A stretch of DNA of 64,000 bases from Bdellovibrionales bacterium (lineage in GTDB: Bacteria; Bdellovibrionota; Bdellovibrionia; Bdellovibrionales; CAYMLA01). The translations under genes were made by a program, and so were the position numbers. The stretch lies in assembly GCA_965217115.1 (NCBI GenBank), contig OZ244239.1, positions 1,536,001 to 1,600,000 of the forward strand, read 5' to 3'. This document shows, one piece after another, positions 50,616-60,060 of the stretch. The notes beneath the pieces were generated by a model that was not told the origin of the DNA, made no database searches, and saw nothing but the letters and a program-made list of their open reading frames with translations. How positions within the stretch are numbered: position 1 is the first letter of the stretch; each line of letters starts with the position of its first letter.

Positions 50616-51647
50616 ATGAAATCATTTTATATATTGTTAATTTTATTATTGAGCACAAGCGCTAACGCACTGAAATCAAAATCGAGAGGTAATTCATTTA
50701 ATCCAGATATTGGAGTCAACATACTCTTTTTAAACCAAAATTCAGATCGAGACAGTGATGGGGATGGGATGGATTTGCAAGAAACTGAACTTCAATTTAG
50801 CTCCGACGTGGACACATATTTTACTGCGACAGCTCTTTTGGCTGTCGCTAAAGAAGATGGCGCCTATGGGATAGAGCCAGAAGAGGTCTATGCCGAAACA
50901 GTTGCACTTCCTTACGTAACACTGAGAGTTGGAAAATCAAAGATGCCATTAGGTAAACATAATCAACTTCACACTCATGCCTACCCATTTATTAACGCCC
51001 CCCTGATGAATGAAACAATTTTAGGTGATGAGGGATTAAATGAAACCGGGATTGGGGCAAGTGCATTGCTTCCATTACCATGGTTTAGTGAGCTGAACCT
51101 GAATTATACACAAGGCGAAAGCGAGGACTTATTTAATAGTGACAGCGATGATAACAAAGCAATTGTTGCGAGATTTAAAAATCTTTGGGACTTATCCGAT
51201 GCCACAACTCTCGAACTAGGTTTTTCAGGTGCAGAAGGAGAGAATGCAGACGATCAAGAGACCACTCTTTACGGAGCAGACCTAACTCTTAAGTGGAGAC
51301 CAACAGATGGCGGAAAGTATCGCTCTTTTGAGTGGACCAGTGAATTTCTACAGAAAGATAGAAAGGGCGCTGCTGATGGCAAATTATCAGGAGTTGTCAG
51401 TCATTTAAAATATCAGATGGCTCAAAGATGGTATGCTCAATATCGTTACGATTACCTCGGCCTGAATGACCCAGAAAACATAGCTCCAAGTAAAAGGCAC
51501 ACGGGACTGATTGCCTTTCTTCCATCTGAGTTTAGTAGCGTAAGACTACAATATGAAACGATTGATGATGGACAGGCTGAAGATGAAAAACGCCTTAGTC
51601 TACAATTAAATATAAGTATTGGTGCTCACCCTGCACACACATATTAA
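50616..51647 (+). CDS. Outer-membrane beta-barrel of a metal-uptake operon
   Basis: FNPDIG, GKHNQLHTHAYPF, SEFS and C-terminal IGAHPAHTY. Confidence 0.75.
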   Translation: MKSFYILLILLLSTSANALKSKSRGNSFNPDIGVNILFLNQNSDRDSDGDGMDLQETELQFSSDVDTYFTATALLAVAKEDGAYGIEPEEVYAETVALPYVTLRVGKSKMPLGKHNQLHTHAYPFINAPLMNETILGDEGLNETGIGASALLPLPWFSELNLNYTQGESEDLFNSDSDDNKAIVARFKNLWDLSDATTLELGFSGAEGENADDQETTLYGADLTLKWRPTDGGKYRSFEWTSEFLQKDRKGAADGKLSGVVSHLKYQMAQRWYAQYRYDYLGLNDPENIAPSKRHTGLIAFLPSEFSSVRLQYETIDDGQAEDEKRLSLQLNISIGAHPAHTY

Positions 51648-51658
51648 AGGGGGGGGCA

Positions 51659-52558
51659 ATGAAAAGACACATTGAGATACCAATTATTATACTTATTTGC
51701 TTATTGCCCTTTACTGGGCATGCAAAGCTGAAAATTTTAACGACAACGAAAAATCTTGAGAATTTAGTTGAGATGGTTGCAGGCAATAAAGTCGAAGTGG
51801 AGTCCTTTTCTAAAGGGACGCAAGACCCTCACTATATAGAAGCAAAACCCTCATACATGCTAAAGGCATCCAGGGCTGATTTACTAGTCTCAATTGGTTT
51901 GGAGTTAGAAGTTGGCTGGCTTCCTCTTATCTTAAGAGGGGCCCGAAATCCTAAATTAAGAGAAGGCGGGGAGGGAAGCTTTATTGCTGGTGACTTTATC
52001 GAAACACTAGAGAAGCCAACCGCTGCCATATCAAGGGCCGACGGAGATGTTCATCCAGAAGGAAACCCACATTTTTTACTCGATCCTTTTAATGCTCTAA
52101 AAATTGCTGAAAAGTTAAAAGAAAAACTCAAAAAGCTTGATCCCAAGAATTCCAGTGAATATGAGAGCAATTTTAGAAAGTTCTCAAGTACTTTGACCTT
52201 AAAAGTAAAGCAGTGGAAAAAAAGAGTAAAAATTGGAACAAAGGTGATCACCTACCATAAGACATTGACTTATTTCTACAATCGCTTTGGTATTAAAAAT
52301 GTGTCACTGCTTGAGCCCAAACCCGGAGTTCCACCATCAGCAGGACACATCCTAGGGGTGATGAAAAAGGCGAGAAGTGAGGGAGTTAAACTAGCTATTG
52401 TTGAAAATTACTTTGATCCAGCCGTTGCCAACAGAGTTTCAAAAGATGTTAGTGGACTAAAGGTTCATCTCGTACCTGTTTCAGTTTCTGGCGAGTCCAA
52501 AATTTTAAATTTGTTTGATCTATATGAGAGGTTAGTGTCCTCCGTTGAGGAAAAGTAG
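51659..52558 (+). CDS. Zn/Mn ABC substrate-binding protein (ZnuA-like)
   Basis: QDPHYIEAKPS, GDVHPEGNPH, YH and EPKPGVPPS. Confidence 0.92.
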   Translation: MKRHIEIPIIILICLLPFTGHAKLKILTTTKNLENLVEMVAGNKVEVESFSKGTQDPHYIEAKPSYMLKASRADLLVSIGLELEVGWLPLILRGARNPKLREGGEGSFIAGDFIETLEKPTAAISRADGDVHPEGNPHFLLDPFNALKIAEKLKEKLKKLDPKNSSEYESNFRKFSSTLTLKVKQWKKRVKIGTKVITYHKTLTYFYNRFGIKNVSLLEPKPGVPPSAGHILGVMKKARSEGVKLAIVENYFDPAVANRVSKDVSGLKVHLVPVSVSGESKILNLFDLYERLVSSVEEK

Positions 52559-52560
52559 AC

Positions 52561-53358
52561 ATGGAAGTATTGACGTTCTTTCTCCCTCCTTTTTTTATGT
52601 GTCTTATTTTAGTGGGTATCCATTGTTATATGGGACTACATGTATTGAAAAGAGGAGTTATATTTGTTGATCTAAGCTTGGCACAAGTGGCAGGGCTTGG
52701 ATCGACCGTGGCACTTCTTTTTGAAATTGAACATCATTCAACAGGTAGTTACTTTATTTCTTTAGGACATACATTTGCAGTTGCGGCTCTATTTTCATGG
52801 GCCAGAAGGGTTGAGAGTAAAATTTCTCAAGAAATATTAATTGGTATCGTTTATGCGCTGGCCTCAGCACTTGTGATCTTAGTTGTTAATAACCTCTCTC
52901 ACGGTGCTGAGCATATTAAAGAAATATTAGTTGGAAGAATTCTATGGGTGTCGTGGAATGATGTGATAAAAATTGGGGTCATATATTCTATTGTCGCAGG
53001 AGTTCATTATTATTTTAGGAAACAAATCATTGCAGTGAGCTTTGGAGGCAACGTTTCCAATAGAGCATTCTGGGATTTTATTTTCTTTGCTCTTTTTGGA
53101 ATAGTCATAACTTCCTCCGTAGGTGTTGCTGGAATATTGTTAGTTTTTTCATTTTTAATAGTTCCAGCATTAATAAGCACATTTTTTAGAAAAGGAATAA
53201 AAGCTCAACTTGTATTTGGCTGGGCTTTTGGCTTTTTCATTTGTATCCTCGGTATGATCCTTAGCTACAAATTGGATTTGCCAGCAGGAGCTATCCTCGT
53301 TGTTTGTTTTACGACTGTTCCAATCTTAATGCTTCCCTTCTTGAACAGAATTAAATGA
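52561..53358 (+). CDS. Zn/Mn ABC permease (ZnuB-like)
   Basis: GLHVLKRGVIFVDLSLAQ, GILLVFSFLIVPA and SYKLDLPAG. Confidence 0.9.
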   Translation: MEVLTFFLPPFFMCLILVGIHCYMGLHVLKRGVIFVDLSLAQVAGLGSTVALLFEIEHHSTGSYFISLGHTFAVAALFSWARRVESKISQEILIGIVYALASALVILVVNNLSHGAEHIKEILVGRILWVSWNDVIKIGVIYSIVAGVHYYFRKQIIAVSFGGNVSNRAFWDFIFFALFGIVITSSVGVAGILLVFSFLIVPALISTFFRKGIKAQLVFGWAFGFFICILGMILSYKLDLPAGAILVVCFTTVPILMLPFLNRIK

Positions 53359-53481
53359 TCCAAGACCACTTAGATTTAGCTCCCTAGCATAGATTGTCAG
53401 TTTGGAGTTTTAAAAGGGTTCTTTGTGATAAATAGTGGCGCTGTTCCCAAGAGATCCATTGACTCATTGATTGAATAGGGC

Positions 53482-53635
53482 ATTTTTTTCTAGAGTATCT
53501 CCCAAAAGAATCCAGTTCTTTTCGGCGAGTTTGGCTTGGCGACTTCCATTGCATTTTTCTGCAATGGAAGGTGACAAACGAATGTTTGAGCAAGAAAAGG
53601 GCTGGATTCTTTTGGGAGAGACTCTAGAAAAAAAA
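53482..53635. repeat. Long imperfect inverted repeat (foldback)
   Basis: TTTTTTTCTAGAGT.TCTCCCAAAAGAATCCAG outer arms plus an inner CTTCCATTGCA/TGCAATGGAAG stem. Confidence 0.88.
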
Positions 53636-53951
53636 CGGATCATCAGAAAAAAACTCACTCCACTATTGTTTGTCATAAAGAATCTAAAATTAACCCCCTA
53701 TAATCGTGCTGTTAGAACGTCTTGCGTCAAATGAGCAAATACGGCTGAGATCGAATTTACTCACCATAGAGCCGTTTATTATAAGGGGAAATCTTAAGTG
53801 TCATTAGGGAATCTAATCTTCCCCCTAGGACTTAGGGCTGGTTAAAAAAAAGTGCAAAATATTATTTACCCCTGTCCTTATTTTTTGTGATTGAATTATT
53901 TCAATAGAGAGATTTAGGAATAATCTATTTTAAATACCAACGGAGGGTAGA

Positions 53952-55562
53952 ATGAGTTTTAAATTATCAGTATTAATCATGTTCCTGCTAAATAGTTCAT
54001 TAACTTGGGCAACGATATTGCCGCCCAATGATTTGCACTTGCAAGATAATCTATTCACAGAAGAGTCAAATATAACGGAGGAGATGTTCAATCAGATTAT
54101 TACCCAAGCTGAGGATATCTATGCTCCGATCATTGAGAGCCACGGCGCGACTTTAAAATTCAACCGTCTTTGGGAGAATTCAACAGTTAATGCCAGTGCC
54201 AGCCAGGCTAATGGTACATGGATCGTTAATATGTACGGTGGTTTTGCTCGACGTCCAGAAGTCACTCCAGATGGTTTTGCTCTGGTTGTTTGTCATGAAC
54301 TGGGTCATCACTTAGGGGGGTATCCATTCTACCAGAGAGGCTCTGGTAATTGGGCCGCCAATGAGGGACAGTCTGATTACTTTGCCACGCAGTCCTGTGC
54401 CCATAAGCTTTGGAGCGGTGAGGAAGATAAAAACCGTCTCTCCCGTGAAACGGTTGACCCAGCAGCCAAAGAGGGTTGTGACTCTGCTTGGAGCACTGAA
54501 AAAGCTCAGAACCTCTGTTATCGAACGGCGATGGGTGGTCACTCGTTAGCGACTTTGTTAGGTTCTTTAAGAAACACAACGGTGGATTTTGCCACTCCCA
54601 GTGAAGCGGAAGTTCTCAAGACAAGTGATTCACATCCTCAAGCACAATGTCGCTTGGATACCTATTTCCATGGAGCACTTTGTAGTGTTGACTTTGATTC
54701 AAATATTATCCCAGGTCGTAGACACAGTGATGGTCAACGATCAGAAGCGGCCGAAGGAGTTGCTGTTGAGAATTCCTGTGCAAGGGAGGTGTTTTTTCCT
54801 GCAGGTAACCGTCCTCTGTGTTGGTATAAACCTTTACGGTCAGTTCAGATGAATTTAACGGATGCTATTTGGGAGCAAATATCTGGTAATGGTGATGATG
54901 CGCTTCAACCTGGTGAGACGTTTGGTGTGAAATCCTCACTGGTTAATGGAACGGGACGGTCATTTGAAGATGCTAAAGTTCAGCTGGAAACAGGAAATGA
55001 TTCTGTGATCATTGAAAAAGGAACCGTTCAGTTTCCCGATTCTCTTCCTGGCACGACAGTGGAGCAAGAGGAACCTTTTGTGATTAAAATAAGAGAGAAC
55101 GCTGCTTGTGGACAATTTATTGATCTGGACTTGAGTATGATTATCTCAGGAGCCGTCGCTCATAAACAGAGCACACGTAAGAGATTAGGCCAAGTTGTAG
55201 GATCTGTTCCCTATAAAGAAGTAACAAGTGTTTCCATTCCTGATAATAACTCAACTGGGATTTCACAGCTGATTTCTGTTGCTGGGTCGACAGGGGTTGT
55301 CTCTGTTAAATTTAAGGCGAATATAACTCATCCCTACTCTGGTGATTTAATCATTCGGTTGATTTCTCCAGATGGAAGAGAAATGTTTCTTCGTGAGAAG
55401 CAGGGTGGAAGTGAGGACAATGTTATTCTAGACGAAGAGTTGGCCATAGATGCTGGGGATATCCAAGGAGATTGGACATTAAAAATAAGAGATGCTGGTC
55501 CTCGTGATATCGGAACTCTCGATAGCTGGTCTCTTGAGTTCACCAAAGTTAGCTGCGAATAA
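53952..55562 (+). CDS. Secreted HExxH metallopeptidase-like protein with a C-terminal proprotein-convertase P domain
   Basis: VCHELGHHLGG and NEGQSDY; IPDNN, ITHPYSGDL..L.SPDG, GDWTLKIRD and GTLDSWSLEF. Confidence 0.88.
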   Translation: MSFKLSVLIMFLLNSSLTWATILPPNDLHLQDNLFTEESNITEEMFNQIITQAEDIYAPIIESHGATLKFNRLWENSTVNASASQANGTWIVNMYGGFARRPEVTPDGFALVVCHELGHHLGGYPFYQRGSGNWAANEGQSDYFATQSCAHKLWSGEEDKNRLSRETVDPAAKEGCDSAWSTEKAQNLCYRTAMGGHSLATLLGSLRNTTVDFATPSEAEVLKTSDSHPQAQCRLDTYFHGALCSVDFDSNIIPGRRHSDGQRSEAAEGVAVENSCAREVFFPAGNRPLCWYKPLRSVQMNLTDAIWEQISGNGDDALQPGETFGVKSSLVNGTGRSFEDAKVQLETGNDSVIIEKGTVQFPDSLPGTTVEQEEPFVIKIRENAACGQFIDLDLSMIISGAVAHKQSTRKRLGQVVGSVPYKEVTSVSIPDNNSTGISQLISVAGSTGVVSVKFKANITHPYSGDLIIRLISPDGREMFLREKQGGSEDNVILDEELAIDAGDIQGDWTLKIRDAGPRDIGTLDSWSLEFTKVSCE

Positions 55563-55648
55563 AAACAGCTCCATAGTATAGAGAGAAATATTTTACTATT
55601 AATAAGAAGAGAGGGGAGAGAACTCCCCTTTTTTTATTTTAATGACTG

Positions 55649-55715
55649 CCCTGCTGGGTCTGAAATCGCCTATAATCGCTCAGGAATTCAAAACGAATCG
55701 AATAAATAAACCATT
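55649..55715 (+). repeat. Dispersed element, terminal part (copy D)
   Basis: CTGAAATCGCCTATAATCGCTCAGGAATTCAAAACGAATCGAATAAATAAACCATT. Confidence 0.9.
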
Positions 55716-55792
55716 AAGTTTAATCGTTTTGATTTTAGACAGTTGAAGTTAATTCCCATCAGTCACTTACAAAATACATGGGTCCAAATAAC

Positions 55793-55927
55793 TTAAGTCA
55801 GGTTGTAAGTTTTTCCAGTTTGCTTTTAAAAGGGGAGTCTTCTGAGCTTTAAAGAAAAAGACCACTTGTGGGAGAGTGGCCTTGTCAAAATCTCCTAGCT
55901 TTGTCGGCTGGGGATCAATTATTTAGT
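55793..55927 (-). repeat. Dispersed 3' element (copy E)
   Basis: Reverse complement ATCCCCAGCCGACAAAGCTAGGAGA..AAGGCCACT..AGTGGTCTT. Confidence 0.85.
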
Positions 55928-55947
55928 TAGTGACAGAAATTAACCAA

Positions 55948-56325
55948 TTAAGACTGATGTTTTAATTTGCAAAAAAATAGATTCTCATTTTTGCTGTATT
56001 CGAATGTCCTGATATTATTTAATTTGTGTCCACCTATTGCTTTCTCTAGTGCAACTTTAACAGTAACATAAAAACGACACGCTTTATATTCTCCTTCAGT
56101 GACATCAGGCTGTAAGGTCATTGAAAGAACCTTAACATCCCCTTCTGTTATAGCCTGATGAGTTAGCAATATAGATCGTAGGTTATCAGACTGAGCAAGG
56201 ACCTTAGCAAAGTCTTCTTTTGCAATAGAAGTTGAAGCAGGGTTCTTTATTTTTTTATTTTTTACTGTACTTGAAAATGATGTCAAAAAGAAAAAAAATG
56301 CTAAAAAAAAGGGTAAAAACCTCAT
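55948..56325 (-). CDS. Small secreted hypothetical protein
   Basis: GGAGG SD; hydrophobic signal peptide. Confidence 0.75.
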   Translation of the reverse strand: MRFLPFFLAFFFFLTSFSSTVKNKKIKNPASTSIAKEDFAKVLAQSDNLRSILLTHQAITEGDVKVLSMTLQPDVTEGEYKACRFYVTVKVALEKAIGGHKLNNIRTFEYSKNENLFFCKLKHQS

Positions 56326-56486
56326 TTAACAGCCTCCATAGTTGTTTTGCTGTATTTCTATCGGAGAGTTAACTTCTATTAATGAGTAAACAATAAAACC
56401 CTGGCTTAATGTCTAGGGTATGTGTAAGCACCAATTTGCTCTTAAAAGGGGTGTCTTCTGAGCTTTTTATAGAGGTTAGGTGGATT

Positions 56487-57629
56487 TTAGAGTGATTCCA
56501 CAGGCTCTGTCAGAAGACTGTAAATATCTAAATAACCAGATGCCGTGTATTTCTCTAATTTCCCACTGCGGACAGCTGTTTTCATCAGGTGTTTTCGCAC
56601 TTGATGGGGAGTTAAATCAGGATACTTAAGAAAGAGGAGGGCTGCTGCTGCAGACACTAAAGGAGTTGAATAAGAGGTTCCAGAAGCCACAGTGTAAGTT
56701 CCCTCTTGAGACCTAATCATAATAGGTACCCCCTCTCTCCACCGTCCCGAACTTTTCAGAGAACAAGCCAAACTCAAGATATCTTTGCCTGGAGCAAGAA
56801 TGTCCACTGTCTTCTTTCCATAATGACTAAAAGAAGCCAAATCTCCATATTTATCAATCGCTCCAACAGAGACAATATTGTCCAGATCAAAGTTTGCTGG
56901 GTATATCATAAACTCATCATTGTTGTGATTCGTCTCCGAAGAAAGACTATTGCCAGCCGCAGTGACAACAAGGACTCCTGCTTCTCCAGCCTCTTTAATT
57001 GCTTTCTTAAGATAGGGAAAAAATACAGGTCCTCCCGAAGAGAGGTTTATAACCTTAGCCCCCATTTTCACAGCATATTTAATAGCAGGGACCAGATTTT
57101 TTTCATAATTGTCCATTGTAAAAAGCACATTTCCCACTTTAAGGGGCATGACTTTTATCTTACCTGCACCAACTCCATCAATTCCCAAATCATTGTGGGA
57201 GGCCGCAATTAAGCCAGTAACAATAGTTCCATGGGTGAGATGTTCGCCGAAGAGCCTAGAAAAAGTTCCATCCATAGGGTCTGCATCTTGAAAAGCAAAG
57301 TCGTAACCACGAATATCATCAACAAAACCATTGCCATCGTCATCGATACCTTCAACTCCATCCCTCTCTACCTCATTAATCCACATATTATCCCTTAAAT
57401 CCTCGTGGAGATAATCAGCCCCCGTATCTAAAACAGCAACAATCACCTCTCCTGGCAGGCGCTCCAATAATCCCTCTTCCCAAACTCGAGTAATATTAAT
57501 ATCAGGCCCTTCAGAGTTCTTCACAGCCCACTGTACAAAATTTTCAGGTTTTACCAGAATTGTATATCCAAAAACAGAAGATAGCCCTATTTGGAAGGTG
57601 ATAATAATTAATAGCCACAGTTTCATCAT
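56487..57629 (-). CDS. Subtilisin-like S8 serine protease
   Basis: VAVLDTG, HGT, AAGN and SGTSYSTP catalytic motifs. Confidence 0.93.
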   Translation of the reverse strand: MMKLWLLIIITFQIGLSSVFGYTILVKPENFVQWAVKNSEGPDINITRVWEEGLLERLPGEVIVAVLDTGADYLHEDLRDNMWINEVERDGVEGIDDDGNGFVDDIRGYDFAFQDADPMDGTFSRLFGEHLTHGTIVTGLIAASHNDLGIDGVGAGKIKVMPLKVGNVLFTMDNYEKNLVPAIKYAVKMGAKVINLSSGGPVFFPYLKKAIKEAGEAGVLVVTAAGNSLSSETNHNNDEFMIYPANFDLDNIVSVGAIDKYGDLASFSHYGKKTVDILAPGKDILSLACSLKSSGRWREGVPIMIRSQEGTYTVASGTSYSTPLVSAAAALLFLKYPDLTPHQVRKHLMKTAVRSGKLEKYTASGYLDIYSLLTEPVESL

Positions 57630-57817
57630 TAGGTCCCCACATGATTAAATGTTAAAATTCTCAATTCGTTCTCAATTCCCAACCGGGTTATAACCAATGC
57701 CAGACACTCTGGGGAGAAGATTCAGTCCACAATGTAATATTTTTTCAATTATTAGCTATTTATAAGAAAAATTAATCACAAATATTAGTTTAGGCTAGAA
57801 TCAAAACCTGTTACCTG

Positions 57818-57892
57818 GCAGTACCTCGTCATTCTCTCCTGCCTCTCCTGCCTCTCCTGGCCCTCCTGGCTGGGGATGAGTCATTTACCTAG
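57818..57892 (-). repeat. Dispersed 3' element (copy H) with an internal 9-bp expansion
   Basis: Reverse complement CTAGGTAAATGACTCATCCCCAGCC..(GGCAGGAGA)n..GACGAGGTACTGC. Confidence 0.75.
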
Positions 57893-58288
57893 AGGAAGAA
57901 GTACTCAGAGGGTTTTGCCACACTTTTAGGACTTCTATACTTCTATCCTCCAACGGAGACAAAGAATGGGTCTTATTATTATTCAGGATGACTTCTTTCA
58001 AGCGATAGGATGATCTGAATTATTTTCAATATATAAAGAATCTAGCTGAGGCAGTCCTTTTAAGTCCGTCAAGTTATTGTCTGGCAGTTTTAATGAAACA
58101 AGTTGTGTCTTCTCCGGTAATCCAGGTACAGACCCCAAAGGATCAATTGGCTCTGTCAGAATGGATTTAAACGGGTCTTTTGTTGAGTCTTTTTTAAAGA
58201 AAAGGTTATTTTCACCGATAAATTTAGAGAACACTATTTTTGCAAAAGATTCTTTTGTCTTATTGGGAGATAGCTCATGAGATGTCAT
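57885..58288 (-). pseudogene. Leucine-rich-repeat protein remnant
   Basis: LVSLKLPDNNLTDLKGL in one frame, then LKEVILNNNKTHSLSPL and IEVLKVWQNPL in another; stop coincides with the start of element H. Confidence 0.6.
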
Positions 58289-59002
58289 TTTTTATTATTT
58301 GTGATCATTTTTTATCATTTTCTATCATTATTTATCTTTGAAGTTAGCTTTGCTCTTGTCTGTGATTCTTCGCTACCTGAAATTGAAAGGTTAGCAAAGA
58401 ATGTAGAAAATATTTTGTCAGATCCAAATATCCAAAGAATTAATGGTTGTAGTCCAATTGAGCGTAGCGTTTATAACAAGAGTTTATCTCATATTACTTC
58501 CCGAGCAAAAAACATTTTATCTGAAGTAGAAAAAGTTTTAAATTCTACAAACGAGAAGAGTAGATTATATAGTAAAATGCAGAGCATTAAGGAAGTTTTA
58601 GAGTGTATTCCACAAAAAGTTCCAAAAATTAAAATGCATTGTAATAAGGGATGTGAGAATGGTGCCAACATGTATATAAATGAAAGAAGAACAGTTTTTG
58701 TTGGTTTCACTGTGTTTAAAGATGTTTCCGACGATTTATTTATGTGTACAGATACAATAAATCGTCTTAAGGATATCAAAAAGCTTAATCTGGAGTCATC
58801 AATATTCCATGAAATTTCTCACATGTGTGGAACAGTTGATCTTGCCTATGTGAGGGGGGTCGATACCTCAGATTCTTCTAAATGGAAGTTATCCTCAAGA
58901 TCACGAGTATTTGAGTGGCACAGAAATGCATCTCATTACCAATATTGGTATCTTTTTGGATTCTGCACTCCATATAAAGATTGTAAAGCAATAAACTTCT
59001 AG
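58277..59002 (+). CDS. Secreted aspzincin/M35-like metallopeptidase
   Basis: IFHEISHMCGTVD (HExxH plus GTxD) and downstream NA; signal peptide. Confidence 0.7.
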   Translation: MRCHFLLFVIIFYHFLSLFIFEVSFALVCDSSLPEIERLAKNVENILSDPNIQRINGCSPIERSVYNKSLSHITSRAKNILSEVEKVLNSTNEKSRLYSKMQSIKEVLECIPQKVPKIKMHCNKGCENGANMYINERRTVFVGFTVFKDVSDDLFMCTDTINRLKDIKKLNLESSIFHEISHMCGTVDLAYVRGVDTSDSSKWKLSSRSRVFEWHRNASHYQYWYLFGFCTPYKDCKAINF

Positions 59003-59010
59003 ACTCCTGG

Positions 59011-59097
59011 ATTTGCTTTTAAGAGTGATGTTTCTTGAATTAAAAAAAACCTCGGCAGTGGCTTCGTCAGAAATTCCTAGCTTTGTCGGTTGATTGA
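59011..59097 (-). repeat. Dispersed 3' element (copy F)
   Basis: Reverse complement ACCGACAAAGCTAGGAA..GACGAAGCCACTGC..CTTAAAAGCAAA. Confidence 0.75.
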
Positions 59098-59119
59098 GAT
59101 GTACAAAAGTGACAAAAAC

Positions 59120-59143
59120 AAAAGGGCCCCTAGAGGCCCTTTT
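59120..59143. terminator. Bidirectional terminator
   Basis: AAAAGGGCC-CCTAGA-GGCCCTTTT. Confidence 0.75.
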
Positions 59144-59183
59144 GTTCAACAAAAATCTATCGTAGAATTGACTCTACAAAATC

Positions 59184-59660
59184 TTATTTTTGAGCTTCTT
59201 CACAAAGTTTCTGGTCTGCAAAAATCGAAAGGAACAGAGAAGTGCCAAAGATCAAAAATCCTGATCCAAAAGAAATACCAAACTTCCATACATTAGCAAG
59301 ATTAGCTATTCCAGAAACAATCACAGCAGTTCCCGTCGGTTGAGCACACGCGAAGTCAGCTGTCCAGCTTGGCCAGTTTAAATCAAAATCATTTTCTTCC
59401 ATCATTCTATCTTGGTAATCAGAAAACTCTGCGGATGTCATTCCGTTAAGATGAGAGAATTCTTCAGCGACCAATCCAGCATTCTTTGAGTCGTTAGTAG
59501 CTTCAAAATGCTTTTTTAATTCTAAAAGAGTAAAGAGAACCTCTCCCTTTGAGGGTTTAGTATATTGGTAATAGTCATCACCTGCACCATCTGCATACGG
59601 GTTATCTGAATGAGCCTGAAGTCCTAATAAAAAAATACCTACTAATATGATCGTTTTCAT
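59184..59660 (-). CDS. Secreted hypothetical protein with a hydrophobic C-terminal region
   Basis: AAGGAG SD; MKTIILVGIFLLGLQAHS signal peptide. Confidence 0.8.
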   Translation of the reverse strand: MKTIILVGIFLLGLQAHSDNPYADGAGDDYYQYTKPSKGEVLFTLLELKKHFEATNDSKNAGLVAEEFSHLNGMTSAEFSDYQDRMMEENDFDLNWPSWTADFACAQPTGTAVIVSGIANLANVWKFGISFGSGFLIFGTSLFLSIFADQKLCEEAQK

Positions 59661-60060
59661 GCGTGTCTCCTTGTTCTATTGTTTGATTGTAAGCTTTACC
59701 TATAAAAGTTGTTGATGAGCACATCATTATAGCTCAATGCGTTATCAGAAAGCAATAGATCTTCTTTCTTTGGAAATATTTACAAATTCCACCGTCAATG
59801 AATAAAGAAAAGAGGCTACAAGGAAGAGTTCCTCTGTTATTGACTCGATTTGTACAGAGAAAAACCTACAATACGAGATGATTCCCTTCTCCCTAGGAGT
59901 GCAGAAATTGACTATAATCGCCCAAGAATTTAGAACAGAGAACGAGAAACAGGCCATTGCTTAAAGGAATAGGAAGGTTATTATGAAAAAAGCTATATTG
60001 AGGGGTTATGTTAGAAATTAACTTTCTTAAAATCGTTGAATTAATAAAAAAGAATTAATA

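Larger units (their letters stand above)
22251..60000. mobile_element. Accessory region / genomic island between tRNA(CAT) and rsmD
   Basis: Starts at a tRNA 3' end; IS3, integrase remnant, pseudogenes, repeats and many small orphan secreted genes in mixed orientation; right boundary approximate. Confidence 0.7.

Noticed and set aside
34408..59097. Classical integron attC array
   Set aside because: No consistent RYYYAAC/GTTRRRY ends, both orientations occur, and no intI gene is present
59660..60060. attR duplication of the tRNA(CAT) 3' end
   Set aside because: No copy of GAGTCCCTGAGCCCCTACCA was seen, so the right boundary is inferred only from the return to core genes
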